Positions 49,630-59,092 of a stretch of DNA of 64,000 nucleotides are shown here, piece after piece. Source of the DNA: Alphaproteobacteria bacterium UBA7314 (GTDB lineage: Bacteria; Pseudomonadota; Alphaproteobacteria; MPNO01; UBA830); contig DKQG01000046.1 in NCBI GenBank assembly GCA_002471575.1, forward strand, positions 108,853-172,852, in the 5' to 3' direction. Under the pieces are notes generated by a model that saw nothing but the letters and a program-made list of their open reading frames with translations, made no database searches and was not told where the DNA came from. Made by a program: the position numbers and the translations under genes. The stretch's first letter is position 1. Each line of letters starts with the position of its first letter.

Positions 49630-49971
49630 GCGCGGCAGCGTTTCACACCGAAACGGACGCCGATCAGGCCATACCGAACAGTGCTGGCGGAGCAGGTCAC
49701 GGTGTCCGCTTACGTTCGACACTATCGATAACGTTCAGGTTTTAAATTTCGAGCGCTGACATCGCGCTGTCGAAAACTAGGATTTTGGCAATCCGCCCAT
49801 CCAGTTTCTGACACGCCCCGGTGCAGTTCTCCGCGCCGATTAGCGAGATATTCCGGCTCCCGATAACGAAAGCATTGTTCACGGCGCCAACCTCGCGGGA
49901 CAGAATCCTAGCTTGAACCCCGCGTTCGCAATCAACTGAGTAAAGATCATGAGGGTAAAAAATTTCGGCAT
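49626..49971 (-). pseudogene. Decayed LamG-like domain protein with a PEP-CTERM-like tail
   Basis: AFVIGSRN...LDGRIAKILVFDSAMSALEI*NL...TP*PAPPALFGM, then a frameshift to GLIGVRFGVKRCRA*. Confidence 0.55.
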
Positions 49972-50062
49972 GGTTTTAGGTGGATAGGAAATCTATAAAG
50001 TGAGGATACTCTTAGCGATGTAAAATTTTCCGACGGTCGAGTAACTGAGTAACGGAAGCCCA

Positions 50063-50695
50063 ATGGATAAAACTGCGCAGGATATTTTGACTTTCTGGTT
50101 CGGCACCGCCGATCTTTCGACCGACATCAAAAAAAATGATTTGTGGTTCAAAGCAACACCGGAATTCGATGAGGAACTTGTCGAGAAATTCGAAAGCGTG
50201 CACGAACGTGCGGCGTCAGGTGATATGGATCATCTACGGGAAACACCGGCCGAATGCCTCGCGCTCGTCATTTCGTTGGACCAGTTTCCACGGAATATCT
50301 ACCGGGGAACGGGCAAGGCATTTCACACCGACGCAAAGGCCTGTGCGACATCACACTTCGCCCTAAAACGGGATTACGACGCGGCGCTCAGCCTTGAACC
50401 GCGAAAATTTTTCTACCTGCCGCTTGTGCACAGTGAGACTCTGGCCGACCAAGATATGGCAGTTGAGAAGTACCGGAACTTCGATGACGAAAAATCCATG
50501 CAGTCTGCGATTGGTCACAGGGATGCCATTCGCCAGTTCGGCCGCTTTCCGCACCGGAACAATGTGCTCGGCCGTGAAAGCACGCCGGAAGAAGACGAGT
50601 ACATGAAAATCCCGCCGACCTGGGGCATGACGAAGGCAGAGGCGGAAGAACGTGAACAGATGATCGCGGAGATGGAAAAAGTAGCGGAGAGTTAG
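50063..50695 (+). CDS. DUF924-family protein
   Basis: ILTFWF, LDQFPRNIYRG, FYLPLVHSE and FGRFPHRN motifs. Confidence 0.92.
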   Translation: MDKTAQDILTFWFGTADLSTDIKKNDLWFKATPEFDEELVEKFESVHERAASGDMDHLRETPAECLALVISLDQFPRNIYRGTGKAFHTDAKACATSHFALKRDYDAALSLEPRKFFYLPLVHSETLADQDMAVEKYRNFDDEKSMQSAIGHRDAIRQFGRFPHRNNVLGRESTPEEDEYMKIPPTWGMTKAEAEEREQMIAEMEKVAES

Positions 50696-50698
50696 AAG

Positions 50699-51492
50699 CT
50701 ACTCCCGAAAACCGGGGTCGATAGCTTCCACTTTCCGCACCATAGCCTGAAAATCGCGGTCGCCTACGGGTTCGTCTCCGGGCGGCGGGCGGTTCTCTGC
50801 CCAGCCCTGCGCCATTTTTAGGCATTCCTCTATCGGCGGCTCTTTCAGCGTTGCGCCGGATGACATTGCCGCGACCTGGATTTCGCAGGCGCGTTCCAGG
50901 TAGTGGTGCAGCAGGAAGCATTCTGGGATCGAGCGACCCGTGATCAGGGTGCCGTGGTTTTCCAGAAACATGACGTGTTTGTCTCCGAGATCGGCGATCA
51001 GACGGGGTCCCTCCTCGTCCTTGTGCACCAGTCCTTCATAGCGGTGGTAGGCCACCTGCCCAGCAAACCGCATCGAAGACTGCGAAATAAACTTCAGTCC
51101 GCAATCCATGGCAGAAACCGCTGCACCGGCGGTTGTGTGCAAATGCATTGTGGCGTTTACGTCGGGTCGTGCATCGAGGACAGATCCGTGAATGCGAGGT
51201 CCCGCAGGGCTCGACGTGTGCTCGGTTTCGTAAACTAATTTACGGCTTTCGTCATAACAGCAGAGGTTCGACGCCGTAATTTCCGAAAACAGCAGCGCGG
51301 TCGGTTTGATCAGGAAATGATTTGGCGCATCCGGCACACGGGCGGAGAAGTGATTGCCGTCAGGTCTTCCAATCCCATATAGGCGGCAATTCGGTAAAGC
51401 GCGGCGAGCTGGACACGCATGTTCCATTCGGCCCCCGATACCCGGTCCCGCATGGACGGGACATTTGCGGACGGCATAGCAACGACATTCAT
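50699..51492 (-). pseudogene. Class II aldolase/adducin-family gene with a single frameshift
   Basis: EWNMRVQLAALYR...EDLT in one frame and NHFSARVP...HLH...NHG in another; an apparent 1-nt deletion near 51358. Confidence 0.85.
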
Positions 51493-51759
51493 GGCCTTCT
51501 CCCTAAATGACGCAGGAATCTTGCGTTGCGACAGCAGCAACGTCAATGCCTTGCTGGTCTCATCGGTTTGTTGAGCTTTTGGCCAACGAAGTATCGCATA
51601 CCCGGCACAGTCATGGTGTTCGCTGGGACACGGACAGGATGCTGCTCCCGGTTCCAGAGGTACCCAGTTTGACAATCGCTGGCTTGTCACCGACTTTACG
51701 TCCGGGGACGTCATGATCGCGAAACCAAGGCTACTTATATTTTTCGGCCTCGGCATGAT

Positions 51760-52185
51760 CTAGCTCGGACTGTTATGGAGCTCCGTCTGACCGGTCTGCG
51801 CCGTCGCCTCGATTTCCACCATCATGTCGGGATGCGCCAGGCGCGATATCTCTACCAGGGTCAGGGCCGGCGCCGCCGTCATCGCTCGTTCCAGCCCAGT
51901 ACCGCCCTCCCGTCGGGCCGCGACAAAAGATACGATATCTGTCACGAAGACGGTAAACTTCACGACGTCAGCGAACCCGGCGCCGCCCGCCTGAAGCACG
52001 TCTTCCATATTGGAAAGCGTTTGTCGGATCTGCATCGCCATGTCGCCGGCGCCGACAAGATCTCCATTTTCATCGCGCGGCGTGATTCCGGAGGTGAACA
52101 GAAACTCGCCGGATGCTCGGATACCAGCGCTGTGGGCATTGGCAACTTGGGACTTCTTACCGGTAGAGATGTTATGGCGGGGCAT
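51760..52185 (-). CDS. RidA/YjgF-family protein
   Basis: FLFTSG...QIRQTLSNM...PALTLVEISRLAHPDMMVEIEA. Confidence 0.88.
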   Translation of the reverse strand: MPRHNISTGKKSQVANAHSAGIRASGEFLFTSGITPRDENGDLVGAGDMAMQIRQTLSNMEDVLQAGGAGFADVVKFTVFVTDIVSFVAARREGGTGLERAMTAAPALTLVEISRLAHPDMMVEIEATAQTGQTELHNSPS

Positions 52186-52196
52186 GCTGCAGCAAC

Positions 52197-52667
52197 CTAT
52201 TCGTCTGTTTGACGAGTGCAGGCGTGATACAGCATCAATCGCGCCAGTGGTCGCTTAAAGGCCAGCAGACAGAGCGCGTGCAGAATGAACAGAACGACCA
52301 CGAGGTTGTAAAACGCCTCGTGCATTTCATACATGAAGCCATCATCAGTCACAGCCGCTCTGTCGATCAGCAAACACGTCGCTGTGGCGCCGACCAGCGC
52401 GATCGTAATCCAGAAAATCAGCGTCTGGCTTACACCCAAATGACGCCGCCATCGGCCGAACCGGAGCCATGTGAAATCGGGGTAGAAACGATTGAGGCAA
52501 AGCTGGCAGGGGTTCAACAGCACCCAAAGCAGGCGCAGTGCGATAATCGCCGCCACGCCGTAACCCAGAATATCTTGCACGACCCCGAAATCGCCCGAGA
52601 TGAAGGCAAGGATGGTCAGCGTCGCAAGGTTGACGTGAAAGACACGGATGTGCTGCTTCAGACCCAT
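52197..52667 (-). CDS. Cytochrome b561/HupC-like membrane protein, possibly degenerate
   Basis: RVFH...LGY...RLLW...EMHE...LH pattern. Confidence 0.6.
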   Translation of the reverse strand: MGLKQHIRVFHVNLATLTILAFISGDFGVVQDILGYGVAAIIALRLLWVLLNPCQLCLNRFYPDFTWLRFGRWRRHLGVSQTLIFWITIALVGATATCLLIDRAAVTDDGFMYEMHEAFYNLVVVLFILHALCLLAFKRPLARLMLYHACTRQTDE

Positions 52668-52687
52668 CGCGCGACCCCGTCTGCAGG

Positions 52688-53443
52688 TCAGACCAGAACG
52701 CGTTCAGTGTGAACGCCGCGAACATCCATTTCGTATTCCAGGCCTACAACCGGAGGTCGAGCGTAAACCCAGGTCAGACCTGCTGCGGCGGCCCCGCGCG
52801 ATACCAGTTCGTCGCCGAGAAACGGATGCAGATCATGGATGGTGTAGGCATGGGTGACGGTTGATTGCGACCACCCAACGCCAAGGGCCGTCATCCGCGT
52901 CTCCATAGCGCCGATAACGTATTGCGCCTTCTCCAGAATGGCGTCGTCCGACGTTTCGCCGAGCCGAATGATGCGCTCTTCGTATGTGGCGCCACCTTCC
53001 GGCGATTCCGCCGAACCGGCGATTACAAAACTGGGCGCTGCACCGGCATCAGCGGGTACGGTATAGCTGAATGCATTAAAGCTCGGTCCGGGCGGACCGT
53101 TTATTTCCGGGCAAACGTTGGAACGGGCAACCGGGTTTTCGTCATCCTTGAAAATACCCCAGCGCTCCAGCGTTCCGACATAGACGCGGTTGAAATCGAT
53201 AAATCCCTGTTCCGAAAACGGCTCCGGAGAACGAAGTTCGCAAGCTGCAAACGAAGTATAGGGTCGGCCGATCTCGTCGAGATAGGCTTCGATTCGGGCA
53301 AAGCCTTCTTCCAGCGGCACCGGCGTCTGGAACCGTACGCGCTCGATCGCGAAACCGTCCTCCGCGGCAACGCCGCCGGAGTACTGGAAAGGTCCTCGGA
53401 CATAGCGGTATCCGCCGGGTTCGAATATGGCTGTTTCGGTCAT
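52688..53443 (-). CDS. cnbZ: 2-amino-5-chloromuconate deaminase-like protein
   Basis: PGGYRY...FQYSGGVAA...CELRSP.PF...NPVARSNVCP...RPPVVGLEYEMDVRG. Confidence 0.8.
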   Translation of the reverse strand: MTETAIFEPGGYRYVRGPFQYSGGVAAEDGFAIERVRFQTPVPLEEGFARIEAYLDEIGRPYTSFAACELRSPEPFSEQGFIDFNRVYVGTLERWGIFKDDENPVARSNVCPEINGPPGPSFNAFSYTVPADAGAAPSFVIAGSAESPEGGATYEERIIRLGETSDDAILEKAQYVIGAMETRMTALGVGWSQSTVTHAYTIHDLHPFLGDELVSRGAAAAGLTWVYARPPVVGLEYEMDVRGVHTERVLV

Positions 53444-53492
53444 TTATAGATCCTCCTTTGCTGCCGAACGGTATCGGCTCGGTGTTCGGCGA

Positions 53493-54410
53493 TCAACTTC
53501 GCTTCCGCGCCTCTACCTCGGCGATGTAATAGGTGCTGGCAACGATGATCAGCGCACCGACACCGGTCCAGATCGACGGAATTTCAGCGAAAAGGAAATA
53601 GCCGAACAGCGCGGCATAAATCAGGCGTACGTTTTCAGCCGGACCCACCGCATTGGCCTCGCCGACGGCAAAGGCGCGCATGAAGCCGAAGATGCCGAGC
53701 GTAGTCAGCCCACCGATACCGATCAGCTTCAGCCACTCGATTCCGACCGGCATGGTCCAGACATAGGCTGCCGGCCCAAGAAACAGCAACACGCCGCCGA
53801 TGTGATAGTAGAACAAAATTCGTCCCGTCGGTTCAGTCTTTGACAACTTGCGTATCAGGACATTGGCAATAGCAAACGTCAGCGCCGAAGCGACGGCGAC
53901 CAGTGCCAGCGGATCGAAGGCATCCGCACCCGGCCGCACCAGGACCAGCACTCCGATGAACCCGACGATAGTCGCCGACCATCGTTGCCTTGTTACGACT
54001 TCATGCAAAACGAATACGGCTACCACGGTGGTGAAAAGCGGCTTTGAGAACATAAAGGCCGTCGCCTCCGCCAGCGGCATGTAGATCACTGTAATGAAAA
54101 TCCCGAGTTGCGCCGCAAAGGCGAGAAACATCCGCAGCAGGTGCAGCGGCAACCGTTCGGTTTTCATGTTTGCGGTACCCAGCCCGATAAAAACGGGGAC
54201 CAGAAAAATCAGCCCGCACCCATATCGAAAAAACGAGATCTGAAGCGGATCGAACCTCCCGCCCAACGACTTGACGAACACATCCACAACGGCAAAGAGA
54301 AACGCCCCCATGCTGAGCCAAATAATGCCGCGGAAATTGGGCGGCAGGCGGAGCCAGAAATTAGAAGGTGGTAGCGTGGAGGACGCATGGGGAGAAGGCA
54401 TGCCCTTCAA
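53493..54410 (-). CDS. DMT/EamA-family transporter
   Basis: Hydrophobic repeats; LHE.V..RW and FAEIP motifs. Confidence 0.88.
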   Translation of the reverse strand: MKGMPSPHASSTLPPSNFWLRLPPNFRGIIWLSMGAFLFAVVDVFVKSLGGRFDPLQISFFRYGCGLIFLVPVFIGLGTANMKTERLPLHLLRMFLAFAAQLGIFITVIYMPLAEATAFMFSKPLFTTVVAVFVLHEVVTRQRWSATIVGFIGVLVLVRPGADAFDPLALVAVASALTFAIANVLIRKLSKTEPTGRILFYYHIGGVLLFLGPAAYVWTMPVGIEWLKLIGIGGLTTLGIFGFMRAFAVGEANAVGPAENVRLIYAALFGYFLFAEIPSIWTGVGALIIVASTYYIAEVEARKRS

Positions 54411-54444
54411 TGGACTAAGTGCGGCAGCGGCGCAAGGGACGTGC

Positions 54445-56121
54445 CTACACCAGCCCGAACCCTCCAGCCTCCTCGGCAGTCATGTCCTTGGCTTCGGGGC
54501 CGAACGGGATATCGTCAGCTTTGGTGGGACGCGGTGGCGGCGGGGGTTTGGAGATAACTGTTTCGGTGGTCAGAAACAGCGCAGCCACCGAGTTGGCTGC
54601 TTCAAGCGCGGCGACCGTGACACGCGCCGGATCGACGACGCCAGTCTGCATTAGATCGCCGTAACACCCGTTATTCGCATCGAATCCATGATGCGGATTT
54701 CTCAATTCCGCCAGCGCCGCAGATACCATATGCCCGTCGTATCCCGCATTCTCGGCGATCCGCATCGCGGGAGACGCAAGAGCTTGGCGCAAGATACGGG
54801 CGGCAGCCCGCTGTTCGCCTGTGCCGTCATTCGTCAGAACTCGGCATGCATGAATATACGCCGCGCCACCGCCCGGCAGAATACCGTCTATCGCCGCCGC
54901 CCGGACCGCACTGGCAGCATCGTCGGCACGGTCGCGCCGTTCGTTGATTTCCACTTCGCTGGCGCCGCCGACACGGACCACGGCAACACCGCCTGTCAGC
55001 TTGGCGAGACGTTCGCGCAGCGTCTTTTCCTGGAAGGGCGTATTGCCTTCTAGGCCCTGTTCGGCGCGGATGCTGTCGGCCCGGCGTTCCACGGCGGCGA
55101 GATCGCCCGCGCCGCCGATGATTGTTGTCGTGTCTTTAGTAAGCATGATCCGCGCCGCGCCGCCCAGCACGCCCGCATCGATGACCGAAAGATCGTCGCC
55201 TCGGCGCTCGGATACTAGTGTCGCCCCGGTCAGCAGAGCCACGTCCTCCAGCGCGTCGCGGCGGCGATCGCCGAACAAAGGTCCCTTACCCGCGACGACG
55301 CGCAGGTTGTTTTTGATCTTGTTGACCGCCAGCGTCTGAAGCGCTTCGCCCCTCACCGCCTCGGCCACAATCAGAAGCGGACGGTTCGCCCGCACCGCAG
55401 CCTCGAGCGGTTTCAACAGCGGCGTATGGCTTTCCAGCGTATGTTCCGTGAGCAGGATCAGGGGATTGTCGTAACGGCACTCGGTGGTGAACGCATCAGT
55501 CATGAAATAGGGAGAAAAGTATCCGCCTTCCCATTGCAGGCCGTTGAGCTTTTCCCAAGTAGTCTCGAAGACCCCACCGCCCTCGACCGATACGACGCCG
55601 TCGGTGCCGACTGTATCGAAAGCCTCGGCGATAGTCGCGCCAAGTTCCGACTCTCCGTTCGCCGATATTGTCGCGATACGCTCGTAATCCACTCGGCCAC
55701 GCACCGACAACGCCATCCGGCGCAGCTCGGCAACTACCCCGACGACGCCATCCTGCAGAGCCAACCGCAAAGCCATGGGATCGTACCCGGCCGCGACCGC
55801 TCTAAGTCCTTCCGCCGCCAGCGCCCGCGCCAGCACGATAGTGGTCGAGGTACCGTCTCCGATTTCCTCGCCCACCCGCTGGCCGGCCCGCCGCATCAGG
55901 CGAAGTCCCATTTGCTCATGACGGCCAGCAACTTCCAGAGTGTCCGCAACAGTCACGCCATCCTTGGTCACGCGTGGCGCAGCCGTTCCGTCTTTTGCTT
56001 CGATCAGCACCGTGCGCCCGCGCGGCCCCAGCGTCACCGCCACGGTATTGGCCAGAAAATCGGCACCGCGCAGCATGGCACGTTGGGCGTCAAGGCCGAA
56101 TTTTATCGAAACAGATGCCAT
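54445..56121 (-). CDS. Divergent GroEL/Cpn60 paralog
   Basis: TLGPRGR, VTKDGVTVA, GDGTSTT, GYFSPYF, ERLAKLTGGVAV and GVVDP motifs; atypical C-terminus; no adjacent groES. Confidence 0.92.
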   Translation of the reverse strand: MASVSIKFGLDAQRAMLRGADFLANTVAVTLGPRGRTVLIEAKDGTAAPRVTKDGVTVADTLEVAGRHEQMGLRLMRRAGQRVGEEIGDGTSTTIVLARALAAEGLRAVAAGYDPMALRLALQDGVVGVVAELRRMALSVRGRVDYERIATISANGESELGATIAEAFDTVGTDGVVSVEGGGVFETTWEKLNGLQWEGGYFSPYFMTDAFTTECRYDNPLILLTEHTLESHTPLLKPLEAAVRANRPLLIVAEAVRGEALQTLAVNKIKNNLRVVAGKGPLFGDRRRDALEDVALLTGATLVSERRGDDLSVIDAGVLGGAARIMLTKDTTTIIGGAGDLAAVERRADSIRAEQGLEGNTPFQEKTLRERLAKLTGGVAVVRVGGASEVEINERRDRADDAASAVRAAAIDGILPGGGAAYIHACRVLTNDGTGEQRAAARILRQALASPAMRIAENAGYDGHMVSAALAELRNPHHGFDANNGCYGDLMQTGVVDPARVTVAALEAANSVAALFLTTETVISKPPPPPRPTKADDIPFGPEAKDMTAEEAGGFGLV

Positions 56122-56239
56122 GGGGCGGTTTAGCGGGAAGGCCGTTCACACACAACCGCTCCATCAAACATCAAACTATCACCTTTGGATTTGACCCGCG
56201 GGTACCAAACAAAACTGTGGAATGCTATGCGATAGGCTG

Positions 56240-56520
56240 TCACCGCCGCCGAAAGGCTAGCCAGCATGTAAATAGCAAGACAAACGACAACCCGCCCGAT
56301 GCCAGTACTGCGACCAACGCACGCCCAGTCGTCACCTCAAAATTACGGAATACCCTCTCGCTGGAAAAGCGAGTATCGGGTCCCGCTGTCAGCCTGACAT
56401 ATAAATTGGAGCCAACAAGCACCGCGGTCAGATCAACAACCGCTTGCAAAACTTACACGCCATCTACAAACACGCCCAATTCCCTCTCGGCGGTGTTGGA
56501 GTTTAGCTGGTAGCTTTCGG
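56240..56520 (-). pseudogene. Decayed L-type lectin-like domain with a PEP/VPxP-CTERM-like tail
   Basis: LGVFVDGV*VLQAVVDLTAVLVGSNLYVRLTAG...VAVLASGGLSFVLLFTCWLAFRRR*. Confidence 0.5.
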
Positions 56521-56627
56521 TCGACAGTCCGGGCGGCGATTTCGGGTAAACTTGCCGATCAACCTTTACCGCGCGAAGGTATCCGGCCCATGTAGCCGGA
56601 TACCGTCCGCACGGGTAGCGCCCGATC

Positions 56628-57431
56628 CTAGCCGCCGATTTCTACCGGCCCTGCTCGACGCCGGATCTCGGCAATCACGGAATGAGCAGCAAGGGTTGAA
56701 GTTTTGGGGTTGTCCGGCAAAGGTTTACCACGGATTTCGATATCAATCGTGCCGAATGCGCCCTCTGCGTGCACATGATGAATATTTCCGCCGGCTGCCG
56801 GGTCAGCTACCAGGCGGACTTCCGTTGCCCCGAAACCCGCGCCAGCTATGGCAATGGTCGCGGCCACATTCGCATTCTGGGGATACCGCGTCGCCGCCTC
56901 GTCCGCACCACCCTGATAGAGCGTCGTTTCACTGGTCAACGCGTCGAGATCGGCAACATCTTCCGCCGGTGTTCCCTTCCAGGCGCCGGGTGGCTTACGA
57001 GACGTGTAGGATACCTTGTGCAGCCCGCCAACCCGGGCTGCTGCCAATGCATCCGCCCCCGCTACAGCCCCTGCGGCCAGCACGAGCTTCGCGCCCCCCG
57101 TCTCCGCAGCCGCAACAAGATCGGCGTATAGACTGGCATCCGCTAACACACCGATCGAAATCACCAGAAAATCCATCCCGCGGCGCAGCGCGTCAGCGCC
57201 GTAGTCGCGGACGCCCGAATGCCCGGCGCATTCCGCTACGAGGTCGGGTCTCACGGTCAGATCACGAAAAGATGAAACAACCTCGATCCCGCGCGCCGAT
57301 ACCGCATCGCGCACCTCGTCAACCCGGCTGGGCCGCACCATTATGGCGACAATCCGCGCGTCCTCTTCCGGCTGAATGTGTTTGAGTATTTCCTGCGCTA
57401 TCGCGCCATAACCGATCAATAATACATCCAT
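56628..57431 (-). CDS. nadX: L-aspartate dehydrogenase family protein
   Basis: LIGYGAIA, VAECAGH, YPQNANVAA, NIHHV and NPKTSTLAA motifs. Confidence 0.9.
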   Translation of the reverse strand: MDVLLIGYGAIAQEILKHIQPEEDARIVAIMVRPSRVDEVRDAVSARGIEVVSSFRDLTVRPDLVAECAGHSGVRDYGADALRRGMDFLVISIGVLADASLYADLVAAAETGGAKLVLAAGAVAGADALAAARVGGLHKVSYTSRKPPGAWKGTPAEDVADLDALTSETTLYQGGADEAATRYPQNANVAATIAIAGAGFGATEVRLVADPAAGGNIHHVHAEGAFGTIDIEIRGKPLPDNPKTSTLAAHSVIAEIRRRAGPVEIGG

Positions 57432-59092
57432 TATTTTTCGTCCGGTGCTGTTTTGACAGGTGGGCCGGCGAAGGCCTCGGCAAATTCACCGATTGACGAC
57501 ATATCGACTTCGATCAGCGCAGGGCCATCGACCTCAAACGCGCTCGTCAGAACCTCGGAAATATCCCCGGCGGTGTCGACTCTCCAGTGCGGAATACCGA
57601 GGGAGTCGCACAGCACCCCCCAGTCAGGTCCAAGAATATCGACATACGCGCGGCGGCCGCCGTAATGCGCATCGGCAATATTCTTGATCACGCCGTACCC
57701 GCCGTCATTCATCAGCAGGATCGCAATATCCGCATTTTCTTGCTTTGCGGTCGCCAGCTCACCCAGCGTGACCGCAAAGCCTCCATCACCCGCCAATATG
57801 AGCGTCTTACGTCCCTCTGCCTGAACGCCCAGCGCCGCCCCGATTCCCATTGGCAAGCCCTGTCCGATGCCGCCGCCCAGCGCGTGCACGCCATCCCGCG
57901 GTCCGTCGAGCGGCGGCAACCGATTGCCCCAGATGGTATTCGACAGGGTGATATCACGTACCCAGACGAAATCGCGCGGCACGGCGTCCAGAACCGCATC
58001 GACAACTTCGTTATAGGGGCCAAGCGCTTTGCGCATGCCGGCTTCTGCGCCTTCACGGGCCCCTTGGATATCCTTAGTGAACCCCTTGTCCGGCGTGAAC
58101 CGTCCCTTCAGCCGGTCGGCCAGATATTCGAGACTGGTTGCGGAATCGCCGCAGATGAACATATCAACCGGATAGGCGCGTCCTTCCGCGCGAGGGTCGG
58201 CATCAATCTGATACAGAGAATCGGGTAGTTTCAGTTTGTAAGTCAGTGTTTCGTTTGACCGTAAACGCGACCCCACAACCAACATCGCATCGCAGGTACT
58301 GTAGAATTCCTCCGATGCGGGCTGAAGATTGAAAGCGCCCAGCGACTGATGATCGTCGCCCGGCAGTACGCCACGTCCCTGCACGCTGGTCACAACGCCA
58401 AAGCCGAGATTGGCAAGCCGAGCGACCGGATCAGTGGCATGCCGGGCGCCGCCACCGAGCCAGAGCATCACCCGCTTTTTGTCAGCAAGCGCATCGGCCA
58501 ATGCCTCGATAGACGCTTCGTCCGGCTGCGGCGCCAGCACCGGTAACGGATCGACACTGAGCGGTATCGCCGTCAGACCTCTCTGAACATCGATCGGAAT
58601 CTCGACACTGACCGGTCCCATTGGCGGCGTGAAAGCCAGCCGCACTGCTTCGCGCAGCGTGCCTAACATGGTGTCGGGAGACCAAACTCGGAACGCGCCT
58701 TTGCCCGCTGCTCCCAACATACCAACCTGATCGGGCGCTTCATGTATAAAGCCCTTGTTCCTATCCAAGTGCTCGCTGTCGATCTGGCCGGTCAGATGAA
58801 GCAGCGGCGTTCCCGCGGTTATTGCTTCGACGACGGCGCCGCAGGCGTTGCCTGCCGCTGTCCCGGTGCTTGAGACGGCAACCCCAAGTCCGCCGCGCAC
58901 GCGGGCGCTCGCATCCGCCATATTGACAGCACCACCCTCTGACCGGGCGGGAATAAATCTTATCTTGCTGCGCCGGGCGATGGCGTCAAGGATCGGCATG
59001 TTGTGAATGCTGATCACCCCGAAAGCGTGTTCAACGCCGCACCGTTCGAGAAATGCTGCGACGATATCGCCTGCGGTTACCTGTTCAGACAT
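57431..59092 (-). CDS. TPP-dependent enzyme (decarboxylase-like)
   Basis: FGVISIHNMP, ARSEGGAVNMAD, GGGIGQGL and GDGG...MND motifs. Confidence 0.9.
   Translation of the reverse strand: MSEQVTAGDIVAAFLERCGVEHAFGVISIHNMPILDAIARRSKIRFIPARSEGGAVNMADASARVRGGLGVAVSSTGTAAGNACGAVVEAITAGTPLLHLTGQIDSEHLDRNKGFIHEAPDQVGMLGAAGKGAFRVWSPDTMLGTLREAVRLAFTPPMGPVSVEIPIDVQRGLTAIPLSVDPLPVLAPQPDEASIEALADALADKKRVMLWLGGGARHATDPVARLANLGFGVVTSVQGRGVLPGDDHQSLGAFNLQPASEEFYSTCDAMLVVGSRLRSNETLTYKLKLPDSLYQIDADPRAEGRAYPVDMFICGDSATSLEYLADRLKGRFTPDKGFTKDIQGAREGAEAGMRKALGPYNEVVDAVLDAVPRDFVWVRDITLSNTIWGNRLPPLDGPRDGVHALGGGIGQGLPMGIGAALGVQAEGRKTLILAGDGGFAVTLGELATAKQENADIAILLMNDGGYGVIKNIADAHYGGRRAYVDILGPDWGVLCDSLGIPHWRVDTAGDISEVLTSAFEVDGPALIEVDMSSIGEFAEAFAGPPVKTAPDEK

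Noticed and set aside
56628-57431. nadX as part of a NAD biosynthesis operon
   Set aside because: No nadA or nadC is nearby and the context is catabolic.
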